Assembly (NCBI GenBank): GCA_944332455.1 | Contig: CALVJY010000023.1 | Location: 1-35,429, forward strand | DNA length: 35,429 nucleotides | Direction of reading: 5' to 3' | Source: an uncultured Clostridia bacterium | GTDB taxonomy: Bacteria; Bacillota; Clostridia; Christensenellales; HGM11417 | Notes under the pieces: model-generated | What the model was told of the DNA's origin: nothing | What the model saw: the letters and a program-made list of their open reading frames with translations, nothing else | The model's database searches: none | Shown: piece after piece, positions 17,345-25,177 of the stretch | Position numbering within the stretch: position 1 is the first letter of the stretch | Layout of the letters: every line of letters starts with the position of its first letter | Position numbers and translations under genes: made by a program

Positions 17345-18000
17345 CTTCGCTTCCGGCCAGACGCAAAATTCGCCTTTGGCGAATTTTGGCCGGACTTGAG
17401 GGGACAAGGCGGCAGCGCCGCCGGGCAGGAACGCCCGTAACAAATGGCATATAAAAGAGTTGCCGTTCTCGCTCCTTCTTTCAGTCGATATGTTTCCCTG
17501 CGGGAAACTCGATATGTTCCCTTCGGGAACTCGATATTTGCCCGCTTTGCGGGCAATCGATATGAATGGCCGGTAGGTTTGCACAAAAGGGTTTTCTCCC
17601 GCTGAATTTACTGCGAATCAACAGGCAGAATCCCCAAACCCGGCCATTCGTATTGGATAAAACAAATCAAAAGCCATAGATTTATAACCGTACTGCTTTC
17701 AATGTATTTCTGTCCACAACGTGCCACAAAGTGGCACATATCGAGCGGCACGATAGGGCCGCATATCGAATGGCCGTCAGGCCATATATCGAGTGCCGCT
17801 TTGCGGCACATATCGACATAAACTCATAGCAGGAACAAAGAATTAGTTTTCCCACTCCATACGAGTGGGCATATTGCCCGGCGGCGCTGCCGCCCAGGAA
17901 CAAACAATCATACTCCTGCTCAGTCAGAGTGGGCGTACAAAAAGGTGCCTGTGGCACCCGGCGACGCCGCCCATGGGTTTGGGATATAAATTTTGGGATA
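17345..18000. repeat. Structured leader block B (paralogue of block A). Starts with an inverted R1 hairpin-2 copy (17345-17405); ATATCGA/hairpin arrays at 17485-17580 and 17737-17820
   Basis: See block A; lies upstream of the ZIP transporter gene. Confidence 0.85.
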
Positions 18001-18003
18001 ACA

Positions 18004-18070
18004 TAGAGATAGAACAGATAAAATGTTAACATAGGGTGGTTTTCAGCCCTTCCTAGAGATAGAACAGATA
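18004..18070 (+). promoter_or_regulatory. Two 17-bp direct repeats TAGAGATAGAACAGATA (18004-18020; 18054-18070) flanking a 10-bp perfect palindrome ATGTTAACAT (18023-18032). Candidate metal-regulator operator/promoter of the ZIP gene
   Basis: Read directly; 35-100 nt upstream of the ATG at 18105 (RBS GAGGAGGTG). Confidence 0.45.
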
Positions 18071-18104
18071 TGTCTGACGGAAAAGACGAGGAGGTGAAGA
18101 AAAC

Positions 18105-18866
18105 ATGTGGGATCTGATCCTGATCAGCGCGGCGGCCGGGGTCCTGGGCACGGGACTGGGGGCGCTGCTGGGGACGACGGTGTTTCAGCGGTCCGAAAAG
18201 GTGCTGGGGGCGCTGCTGGCCTTTGCCGGGGGCACCATGGTGGGCCTGGTCTGTTTTGAGCTGGTACACGAGGCGGCAGAGGCCTCCTCGGTGTGGTTTG
18301 CCGCCCTGGCCCTTTTTACGGGCATGACCCTGGTGTGGCTGCTGAATCTGGTGCTGGGCGACTGTCCGGCGCACGAGCACCACTTCTGCGACGGCCACTG
18401 CGAGGACGAGGATGCGCACGCCCCCAAAGGGATGCTGCGGGCGGGGTGGTTCATGCTGTTTGCCATCACCCTGCACAACCTGCCCGAGGGGCTGGCCCTG
18501 GGAGCCACGGGCGAGCTGACCACCCAGCTGGCCCTGGCCCTGATGATCGCCCTGCACAACCTGCCGGACGGCATGGCCATCGGCGCCTCCCTGCGGATGG
18601 GGGGGATGAAAAAGAGCCTGTGCGTGCTGCTGCCCGCCCTGACCGGCCTTGCCACCCTGCTGGGCGCGGCGGCCGGGCGGCTGCTGGGCGAACTCTCCCC
18701 CCTGCTGACCGCCTTTATGCTGGGACTGGCCGGGGGCACCCTGCTGTTCGTCACCTTCGGGGAGATCCTCCCCCGAAGCCGGGAGCTGGCCCCGGGGAGC
18801 AGGCTCTACACCCCCCTGGTGCTGCTGGGCGTGCTGGCAGGCCTGCTGCTGACCGCCGCCCACTGA
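18105..18866 (+). CDS. ZIP-family divalent metal (zinc) transporter, ZupT-like
   Basis: Two HNLPEGLALG / HNLPDGMAIG signature motifs; His/Asp/Glu-rich loop HEHHFCDGHCEDEDAH; ~8 TM. Confidence 0.85.
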   Translation: MWDLILISAAAGVLGTGLGALLGTTVFQRSEKVLGALLAFAGGTMVGLVCFELVHEAAEASSVWFAALALFTGMTLVWLLNLVLGDCPAHEHHFCDGHCEDEDAHAPKGMLRAGWFMLFAITLHNLPEGLALGATGELTTQLALALMIALHNLPDGMAIGASLRMGGMKKSLCVLLPALTGLATLLGAAAGRLLGELSPLLTAFMLGLAGGTLLFVTFGEILPRSRELAPGSRLYTPLVLLGVLAGLLLTAAH

Positions 18867-18878
18867 CTTCATCCCCCA

Positions 18879-18910
18879 AAGGGCCGGAGGAACTTCCCCC
18901 GGCCCTTTTG
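18879..18910 (+). terminator. Rho-independent terminator (GGGCCGGAGGAACTTCCCCCGGCCC + TTTTGT)
   Basis: Immediately after the ZIP stop. Confidence 0.55.
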
Positions 18911-19131
18911 TCCGCCCTGCGGCCCCGCATTTAAATGGCTGACAAAGCCCGCCCGGCCCTCTCGGAAGGGACAATGCCGGCCCCGCCCGGCTTGTTCCAT
19001 AACGGGCGCCCGCCTCTCGGAAACGCGCAGAAAGGCGGGAGGGAGCGATCGGAGCGGCTGCCCCTCAGAAGAGCCAAAGGGCCGCCCGAACCATCGGGGC
19101 AAGGTCGGGGCGCTGTGAAAAAAAACAGAGT

Positions 19132-19157
19132 AAAAGGGCGCCAAGGGGCGCTTTTTT
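19132..19157 (+). terminator. Rho-independent terminator (AAAAGGGCGCC-AAGG-GGCGCTTTTTT)
   Basis: GC stem plus a T6 run. Confidence 0.55.
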
Positions 19158-19200
19158 CCTGCCGCCGGCGCAAAATTTTTCCCCATCTCCCTTCAAACGC

Positions 19201-19266
19201 TTGCCATGGGCCGCTTTTTTTTGCTATAATCAGTATGATATCAGACTTTATGATAACAGACTGATT
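19201..19266 (+). promoter_or_regulatory. marR promoter (TTGCCA - 18 nt - TATAAT) with a near-perfect 16-bp palindrome AGTATGATATCAGACT (19232-19247) inside a larger AATCAGT...ACTGATT symmetric region just downstream of the -10
   Basis: Read directly; typical position for a MarR autoregulatory operator. Confidence 0.55.
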
Positions 19267-19277
19267 CGGAGGTCGTC

Positions 19278-19733
19278 ATGGTCGTAAATCAAGAGATCAA
19301 CACCCTTGTGAACGCCTATTGCAGACTGCGGGACAGACAGTACGCGGTTTACAGCCGCTGCGCAAAGCGGCACGGTCTGACCGCCAACGAACTGTTCGTC
19401 CTCGACATTCTCTGGTTTGCGCCGGAGGGCTGCACGCAGACGGAGATCTGCGAACGGCTGTCCGCCAACAAACAGACGATCGCCGCCGTGATCGACAGAT
19501 TCCGGAAGAAGGGCCTTCTTTGGTACGAAGAAGTGGCCGAGGACCGGCGCAACAAGCGCATACGCTTTACCGAGGCCGGAAGGCAGTATGCGGGCGCGGT
19601 CATTCCCCCCGCCGCCGGCGCGGAAAATCTGGCCATGGCGGAGCTGGGGATCGAAAAGCTGGCCGAACTTGTCAAGCTTACCGCGAGGCTGACGGAAAAC
19701 ATGGAAAAGCAGTTTGCCGCCCTGTCTGACTGA
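19278..19733 (+). CDS. MarR-family transcriptional regulator
   Basis: wHTH core ...GLTANELFVLDILWFAPEGCTQTEICERLSANKQTIAAVIDRFRKKGLL...; 151 aa; RBS GGAGGT. Confidence 0.85.
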   Translation: MVVNQEINTLVNAYCRLRDRQYAVYSRCAKRHGLTANELFVLDILWFAPEGCTQTEICERLSANKQTIAAVIDRFRKKGLLWYEEVAEDRRNKRIRFTEAGRQYAGAVIPPAAGAENLAMAELGIEKLAELVKLTARLTENMEKQFAALSD

Positions 19734-19749
19734 CGGCACAGAGGAAGAG

Positions 19750-20922
19750 ATGTACTCGCTTTTACTTGCCCTGATCTATGTCGCCTTTGTCAGCCTCGGC
19801 CTGCCGGATTCCCTGCTCGGTTCCGGATGGCCCACCATCCACGCCGACCTGAACGTTCCGATTTCCTACATGGGCATCATCTCCATGGTGATCTCGGGCG
19901 GGACCATCGTGTCAAGTCTTTTGTCCGACAAGCTGACGGGAAAACTCGGCACGAGAACGGTGACGGTGGTCAGCGTCTTTCTCACGGCGGTCGCCCTGTT
20001 GGGGTTCTCGTTCGCGACGGAATTTTGGATGCTCATCGTCTTTGCCGTTCCGTACGGACTCGGCGCGGGCGCGGTCGACGCCGCGCTGAACAACTATGTC
20101 GCACTCCACTACAAGGCCAGGCACATGAGCTGGCTGCACTGCCTTTGGGGGGTGGGCACCATCGTCAGCCCCTTCGTGATGAGCGCCGCGCTGACCAATT
20201 CGACCTGGCACGACGGGTACCGGATCGTCGGGTATATCCAGCTCGGCATCACGGTCCTGCTTTTGGTCACCCTGCCGGTATGGAAGGTCAATCAGAGCGC
20301 GGAGACGGCGCCGCTGAAGCATCTGGGCCTGGCCGGCACCCTGAAGATCAGGGGCGTTCCCTTTCTGCTGATCGGATTTTTCGCTTACTGCGCCGCCGAT
20401 GCCACGGCCATGAATTGGGCCAGCACCTATTTTGTCGAAGTGAAGGGGATCCCGGCAGAGCAGGCGGCGCAGCTCGCCTCCCTCTTTTACATCGGGCTGA
20501 CGGCCGGAAGATTTCTGAGCGGATTTGTGACCGACAAACTCGGCGACCGGAAAATGATCGTCATCGGGACCGCCGTTCTGGCCTGCGGGATCCTTATTTT
20601 ACTGATCCCCGGCCCCTCGGCCTTGGCCATCGCGGGCTTTGTCGTGATCGGGTTCGGCTACGCCCCCATTTACCCCTGCATCATCCACTCCACGCCGAAC
20701 AACTTCGGCGCCGAAAATTCAGGCTCGATCATCGGCATCCAGATGGCCGGCGCTTACGTCGGCTCCACCTTCATCCCCCCGCTGTTCGGGGTGCTCGGCA
20801 GACAGTTCGGCTTTGAGATCATGCCCCTCTATCTCCTCGTCTTTGCCGCCCTGATGATCGCCATGACGGAGCTGACCTTCCGCGTCACGGCAAAAGCCAA
20901 AAAACAGGAGGAACAGGCATGA
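19750..20922 (+). CDS. MFS transporter
   Basis: 12 predicted TM; start at MYSLLLALIYVAFVSLGLPDSLLG with RBS GAGGAAGAG (the track start is over-extended into the marR 3' end). Confidence 0.85.
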   Translation: MYSLLLALIYVAFVSLGLPDSLLGSGWPTIHADLNVPISYMGIISMVISGGTIVSSLLSDKLTGKLGTRTVTVVSVFLTAVALLGFSFATEFWMLIVFAVPYGLGAGAVDAALNNYVALHYKARHMSWLHCLWGVGTIVSPFVMSAALTNSTWHDGYRIVGYIQLGITVLLLVTLPVWKVNQSAETAPLKHLGLAGTLKIRGVPFLLIGFFAYCAADATAMNWASTYFVEVKGIPAEQAAQLASLFYIGLTAGRFLSGFVTDKLGDRKMIVIGTAVLACGILILLIPGPSALAIAGFVVIGFGYAPIYPCIIHSTPNNFGAENSGSIIGIQMAGAYVGSTFIPPLFGVLGRQFGFEIMPLYLLVFAALMIAMTELTFRVTAKAKKQEEQA

Positions 20923-21866
20923 TCCTCAACACCGGCGCGCGGACGGACACCGTGCAGTACTTTACGCCCTGGCTTCTGAAGAGATTCGGGGAGGGTTACG
21001 TGTTTACGCGCAACCCGCTCTTCCCGCACAAAGTGACCCGCTACGAGCTTTCGCCCGACAAGATCGACGCGGTGCTGTTCTGCTCCAAGAACTATACCCC
21101 CATTCTGCCCCGGCTGCACGAGATCGCCGACCGCTACCGCACCTACTTCCACTACACGATCACCGCCTACGGCCGGGATGTCGAGCCGGGCGTGCCCTCC
21201 CTCGACGAGAGCATGCAGACGCTGACGGCGCTGGAGAAGATCGTGGGCAAAGGCCGGATCGCCTGGCGGTACGACCCCGTGCTGCTCACCAAAGATTACA
21301 CGATCGAGCGGCACCTGGACACCTTTGCCCGCATGGCGGAAAAGCTGGCGCCGCACATAGACCGCTGCATCTTCAGCTTTGTGGAGCCGTACAAAAAGCT
21401 GGAAGCCAACATGCCCGAGCTGATCCCCCTGACGGCGGAGGACCGGGAAAAAATTGCCCGGGGACTGGGCGGGATCGCGGCAAAAAACCGGATCTTTTTG
21501 CAGACCTGCGGCACAAACGGGGACTTTTCGCGCTGGGGCATCCACGCCTCGGGCTGCGCCACCCTGGAGATCCTGGGCCGGGCCAACGGCTGTGAATTCC
21601 GGGATCTGAAGCACCGGGGGCTGCGCGAGGGCTGTCACTGCATCGAGAGCCGGGACATCGGCGCCTACGACACCTGTCTGAACGGCTGCAAGTACTGCTA
21701 TGCCAACAAAAACCCGGAGACCGCCCGCCGGAACTTCCGCCGGCACGACCCGGACTCTCCCCTCCTCCTGGGGCATCCCGAACCCGGCGACGAGGTGACC
21801 CCGGGCGATCAGCGCAGTTTTTTGAGATCGCCGGGCCGGCAGCTCTCGCTGTTCGGCGGCGATTGA
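20919..21866 (+). CDS. DUF1848-family protein (Cys-rich C-terminus, possible Fe-S/metal site)
   Basis: MILNTGARTDTVQYFTPWLLKRFGEGYVFTRNPLFPHKVTRYELSPDKIDAVLFCSKNYTPILP...IAWRYDPVLLT pattern recalled for DUF1848; C-terminal CxxxC / CxxC cluster (CHCIESRD..CLNGCKYC). ATGA overlap with the MFS stop; RBS AGGAGG. Confidence 0.55.
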   Translation: MILNTGARTDTVQYFTPWLLKRFGEGYVFTRNPLFPHKVTRYELSPDKIDAVLFCSKNYTPILPRLHEIADRYRTYFHYTITAYGRDVEPGVPSLDESMQTLTALEKIVGKGRIAWRYDPVLLTKDYTIERHLDTFARMAEKLAPHIDRCIFSFVEPYKKLEANMPELIPLTAEDREKIARGLGGIAAKNRIFLQTCGTNGDFSRWGIHASGCATLEILGRANGCEFRDLKHRGLREGCHCIESRDIGAYDTCLNGCKYCYANKNPETARRNFRRHDPDSPLLLGHPEPGDEVTPGDQRSFLRSPGRQLSLFGGD

Positions 21867-21869
21867 CGG

Positions 21870-22320
21870 CCCCCCAGCGCTGATCCCTCCCAAAAACGGG
21901 GCCTTCCCGGCTCCTCATGCAGGACCCGGTCCCGGACAGCCGCCGCTGTCCGGGTCTTTCAGACCGGCCTAAGTTTTTCAGTCTGACCGGACAGATCAAG
22001 CCCAGACTTTTGTGACCTTGACCGGGCGGCCGGAGCCGTCGGGTTTTTTCTGTGCGCTCCGGCCAAACGCCCCTGCTTTCCGCGGCCCGGAGCCGGCCAG
22101 AACTCCTCTCTCTCCGGCCCGGACTTTCAGGTCTTTGGAGCCGGGGCCTCCCCTGTTCAGGATCAGGTCCGGACTTTTGTTTCCTCACCGGGCTGCCGCC
22201 GCTGTCCGGGTTTTTTCTGTGCGCTCCGGTCAAATGCTTTTGCTTTCCGCGGCCCGGACAGATCAGGTCCGTTTTTCTCAACCGCGGTTTTTCAGGCCCT
22301 TCCGCGTTCAGATCAGGCCC
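21870..22320. repeat. Non-coding tandem direct repeat, ~165-bp unit x ~2.5 (shared strings GGGTTTTTTCTGTGCGCTCCGG(C/T)CAAA(C/T)GC...TTTCCGCGGCCCGGA; GATCAGGTCCG...). Includes a hairpin + T-run after DUF1848 (21931-21960)
   Basis: Copies beginning near 21925, 22020 and 22187. Lies between the convergent DUF1848 and XRE genes; the track's 327-aa minus ORF across it is a low-complexity artefact. Confidence 0.7.
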
Positions 22321-22514
22321 AGAATGTAGTTGGCGTCCAGATCCAGCTCCCTGCACAGCCGGGCGAACGTGTCCAGCTTGGGGAGCTTTTTGGTGGTCCG
22401 GTGCTGCGTGATCATTTCGGGCGTGACCCCCACTTTGCGGGCGATCTCCACCGTGGTCAGGCCGCTGTTTTTCAGTTCCTCGCTCAATCTCTGTTTGATG
22501 ATCTGATTTTCCAT
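22308..22514 (-). CDS. XRE-family (Cro/CI-type) HTH transcriptional regulator, 68 aa
   Basis: LSEELKNSGLTTVEIARKVGVTPEMITQHRTTKKLPKLDTFARLCRELDLDANYILGL is a classic HTH_3. Confidence 0.8.
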   Translation of the reverse strand: MENQIIKQRLSEELKNSGLTTVEIARKVGVTPEMITQHRTTKKLPKLDTFARLCRELDLDANYILGLI

Positions 22515-22547
22515 ACCCCCATTTTATAACCAGAGGTTAGAAAATGC

Positions 22548-22578
22548 TTGACAGCTAACTAATAGTTAGTTTATAATA
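22548..22578 (+). promoter_or_regulatory. Near-consensus promoter TTGACA ... TATAAT (spacer 17 nt if TTATAA is taken as the -10, 19 nt if TATAAT) whose spacer is a perfect palindrome CTAACTAATAGTTAG (22555-22569). Candidate operator for the divergent XRE regulator
   Basis: Read directly; AT-rich patch in a GC-rich background; drives the TM2-like gene (RBS GGAGGG). Confidence 0.6.
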
Positions 22579-22607
22579 CAAGTATATCTCACAGGAGGGA
22601 TTTTTTT

Positions 22608-22838
22608 ATGGAAGATCACAAGCTGGCGCGGTTTTTGCTCACCTTTTTCCTCGGGTGGATCGGCAGCGTCATCATCAATCACACCTCGTTGAAGCCGGCC
22701 GGATTCAAATCGAGAAGCCTGGCCTACTTCTTTCTTTCCCTGGTCACCTTCGGGATCTACGGCCTGGTCGCCTCGATCTGCAACCTGGTGTTTGACCCGA
22801 ACAAGCCCCGGAACATCGGATATTTTAAAGAGTCATGA
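22608..22838 (+). CDS. Small 2-TM membrane protein, TM2-domain/NINE-like
   Basis: KLARFLLTFFLGWIGSVIINHTS...LAYFFLSLVTFGIYGLVASICNLVF: two hydrophobic helices with the GW..G motif typical of TM2-domain proteins; 76 aa. Confidence 0.5.
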   Translation: MEDHKLARFLLTFFLGWIGSVIINHTSLKPAGFKSRSLAYFFLSLVTFGIYGLVASICNLVFDPNKPRNIGYFKES

Positions 22839-22859
22839 GGCGGGGATCCCTATGCGAAA

Positions 22860-22899
22860 GGGCCGGAAAAGCGGAGCTTTTCCGGCCCTTTTTTGTTTT
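22860..22899 (+). terminator. Strong rho-independent terminator (GGGCCGGAAAAGC-GGA-GCTTTTCCGGCCC + TTTTTTGTTTT)
   Basis: 13-bp GC-rich stem plus a long T-run directly after the TM2-like gene. Confidence 0.8.
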
Positions 22900-23194
22900 C
22901 TCTTTTGCACTTTTCACGGCAAACCGCTCAAAACCGCAGTCCTTTGCGGCGGCTTTTGCCGCGGGGAGGGGCGCCTGCCCGGCGGTCAAAGATCTTTGCA
23001 GCCGGAAGAAAACAAAAATCGGGAGGGAAGTTTCGGCAAAATTTTCCCGCCGCAGCAAAGGAGGGGAAACCGTTCTGCGCTGCATGAGGGCCGCAGGCGA
23101 AAGGGGCGGAAGGCTCACGCCGTCAAGTCCGCTGCGGGAAGGATCAAATTTCGGTCCGGGGTCATGTATGGACCGGAAAGTTTTGCCGCAGAAC

Positions 23195-23232
23195 AAAAAG
23201 GAAGGGAAAGCCGGGCTTTCCCTTCCTTTTTG
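23195..23232. terminator. Bidirectional terminator (AAAAAGGAAGGGAAAGC-CGG-GCTTTCCCTTCCTTTTT)
   Basis: A-run/stem/T-run symmetric; serves the minus-strand oxidoreductase gene ending at 23268. Confidence 0.7.
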
Positions 23233-23267
23233 CATACCGCTTTTCGGGCGGATCTTTTCTTCTATTT

Positions 23268-24374
23268 TCAGCTTCCGAAACAGGCGGCGATCTTCTGCAT
23301 CTTTTCCTGCTGACGGACCCCGAAGGGGCAGCGGCGGTCGCAGTGTCCGCAGGCAAGGCAGGCGCCGGCCTTGATCTCCAGCTTGCCGTAGTGGTCGGCG
23401 GCCATGCGGTCCCCGGCCTGGGCCAGATCGTAGTACTTGTTGACCAGGCCGATGTCGATGCCGGCCGGGCAGGGCTGGCAGTGGTTGCAGTACACGCAGC
23501 TGCCGGCCGCGTCCGCGGGGGTGAATTCGGCGATGGCCGAATAGTCCTGCGCCTCCTTCGGGCAGTCCGGAAAGCCGAGCAGGGCCTCCAGATCGGCCAG
23601 ATCCCGCACGCCGGGGACCACGGTCAGCACGGCGGGGCGGTCCAGGCAGTAGCGGAGGCACTGTTCCCGGGTGAGCGCCCGCTTGAAGGGAGAGGTCTCG
23701 GCCGAGAGCAGCTGGCCGCCGTGGAAGGGCTTCATGACCGACACCCCCACGCCCTCGGCCTGACAGCGGCGGAGCAGGCCGGCCCGCTCCCGGGCGGAGC
23801 CGATGCCGTACTCGTCCCCCCGCTCGAAGTCGTAGGCGGGATTGAGGGAGAACATCATCATGTCAAAGCCCCCAAGATCGAGCAGCTTGCGGGCCACGGC
23901 CGGGGTGTGCGAGGAAAAGCCGAGGTGCCGCAGCCTTCCCTCCTCCTTCAGTTTGCGGACCAGATCGAGGATGCCGTTTTTCAAAATGTCCCGAAGGTCG
24001 CTCTCCTCGTCCACGCAGTGCAGAAAGCCGAAGTCCGCATAGTCGGTCTGCAGGGCCTCCAGCTCCCACTCGAAGGTGCGGGCGATCTCCGCCCGGTCCC
24101 GGGACCAGCCGTACTCGCCCTTTTCGTTGTAGACCGCCCCGAAGTGGAGCTGAAAGAGGACCTGCTCCCTTCGGCCCTTCATGGCCCGGCCGAAGGGGCG
24201 GTAGACGCTCGCCCCGCCCGCGCAGAGGTCGAAAAAGTTGACGCCCGCCCCGATCGCCCGATCGACGACGGCCTCGATCTCGGCCTCGGGGGCGCTGTGC
24301 AGCCCGCCGGTGCCGACGCCCAGCGTTCCGATCCGCTCCGCTCCGTGGGGAAGCTTCCGATACTCCATGCTCAT
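23268..24374 (-). CDS. Aldo/keto reductase fused to a C-terminal 4Fe-4S ferredoxin-type domain (two Cys-rich motifs)
   Basis: Start at MSMEYRKL with RBS AAAGGAG (the 625-aa track ORF is a GC-driven upstream over-extension). AKR core ...GTLGVGTGGLHS...HFGAVYNEKGEYGWS.... C-terminus CVYCNHCQPCPAG...CLACGHCDRRCPFG shows CxxCxxCxxxCP-type motifs. Confidence 0.85.
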   Translation of the reverse strand: MSMEYRKLPHGAERIGTLGVGTGGLHSAPEAEIEAVVDRAIGAGVNFFDLCAGGASVYRPFGRAMKGRREQVLFQLHFGAVYNEKGEYGWSRDRAEIARTFEWELEALQTDYADFGFLHCVDEESDLRDILKNGILDLVRKLKEEGRLRHLGFSSHTPAVARKLLDLGGFDMMMFSLNPAYDFERGDEYGIGSARERAGLLRRCQAEGVGVSVMKPFHGGQLLSAETSPFKRALTREQCLRYCLDRPAVLTVVPGVRDLADLEALLGFPDCPKEAQDYSAIAEFTPADAAGSCVYCNHCQPCPAGIDIGLVNKYYDLAQAGDRMAADHYGKLEIKAGACLACGHCDRRCPFGVRQQEKMQKIAACFGS

Positions 24375-24456
24375 GATGAACTCCTTTGCTTCGTTTTCGC
24401 TCTTTTGCCGATGCCGTGACAAAACCAAAGCCCGACCCTCTTTTGCATCCGGTCTT

Positions 24457-24487
24457 AGTTTAGCACCTGGAGTCGGCTCCAAGTCAA
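24457..24487 (-). promoter_or_regulatory. Putative promoter of the oxidoreductase gene (minus strand: TTGACT - 19 nt - TGcTAAACT) with a 14-bp near-palindrome TGGAGCCGACTCCA in the spacer (plus strand 24468-24481)
   Basis: Read from the reverse complement; spacing slightly long, so moderate confidence. Confidence 0.4.
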
Positions 24488-24585
24488 GCGTTTTGACCTG
24501 ATTTGCCCAAAAAACTTTTTTGACCTTTCCCTCCGGCCTCCCGGACGGGGAGGGCTCTTCTTTCAGGCAGAAGCACAAAATAACT

Positions 24586-24625
24586 CGGATTTCAGATACA
24601 ATCAACTTTTTGTATCCGAAATCCG
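24586..24625. promoter_or_regulatory. 16-bp inverted repeat CGGATTTCAGATACAA / TTGTATCCGAAATCCG separated by 8 nt, just upstream of the RBS of the tandem-HTH XRE gene
   Basis: 15/16 complementary positions; candidate autoregulatory operator or 5'-UTR hairpin. Confidence 0.5.
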
Positions 24626-24656
24626 GGATAATATTTTGGGAGGTTTTGACGGATCT

Positions 24657-25094
24657 ATGGACAAACGGAAATTTGCCGAAAGGCTCTCGGAACTGCTGAC
24701 AGAGCGCGGCATGAAGCCCGCGCACCTCGCGCGGGAACTGGGCGTGACCCGCGCCGTGATCGGCCGCTATGTGAACGGCGAACACCTTCCCAGTCTGGAC
24801 ATGGCAGTGCGGCTGTCGGCCTGTTTCGGGTGCTCCATCGATTTTTTGCTCGGCCGCAGCGACGCAGGGTCGGATTTTACCCCGCTTCCCCCGCCGCCCT
24901 TCCGGGAGCGGCTGACCTTTCTGCTGGCCTTTTTCCGCACCACCAAGTACCGGCTGATCCGGGAGGCCGGGCTGGATGAAAGCACGGTCTACGACTGGCA
25001 GAGCGGCCGGATCACGCCCGGCCTGAACAGCCTGATCGCCCTGGCCGAGCACTTCGGCTGCTCCGTGGAATTCGTGCTCGGGCGGGAGAACTGA
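24657..25094 (+). CDS. XRE-family regulator with two tandem HTH_3 domains
   Basis: Domain 1: FAERLSELLTERGMKPAHLARELGVTRAVIGRYVNGEHLPSLDMAVRLSACFGCSIDFLLG. Domain 2: FRERLTFLLAFFRTTKYRLIREAGLDESTVYDWQSGRITPGLNSLIALAEHFGCSVEFVLG. Start ambiguous: ATG 24657 is 13 nt after GGGAGG, and the track uses TTG 24636. Confidence 0.75.
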   Translation: MDKRKFAERLSELLTERGMKPAHLARELGVTRAVIGRYVNGEHLPSLDMAVRLSACFGCSIDFLLGRSDAGSDFTPLPPPPFRERLTFLLAFFRTTKYRLIREAGLDESTVYDWQSGRITPGLNSLIALAEHFGCSVEFVLGREN

Positions 25095-25177
25095 GTCCCG
25101 GCGCGCCGCATTAAAAAAGTCCCTCCGTCCGCCGCGATGCGGCATGACGGGGGACTTTTTCCCTTTGCGGGCTCTGT

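Noticed and set aside
21373-22356. 327-aa minus-strand ORF across the 165-bp tandem repeat
   Set aside because: Arg/Pro/Gly/Ser low-complexity product with no start context. It is generated by the tandem repeat and partly overlaps the DUF1848 gene 3' end.
23268-25145. 625-aa ORF reported by the track for the oxidoreductase
   Set aside because: The upstream 256 codons run antisense through the XRE2 gene and intergenic region. The genuine start is MSMEY at 24374 with RBS AAAGGAG. The nifS (26867 vs 26732), rtcB (32141 vs 32063), TraX (35295 vs 35124), MFS and mtlD starts were trimmed the same way.
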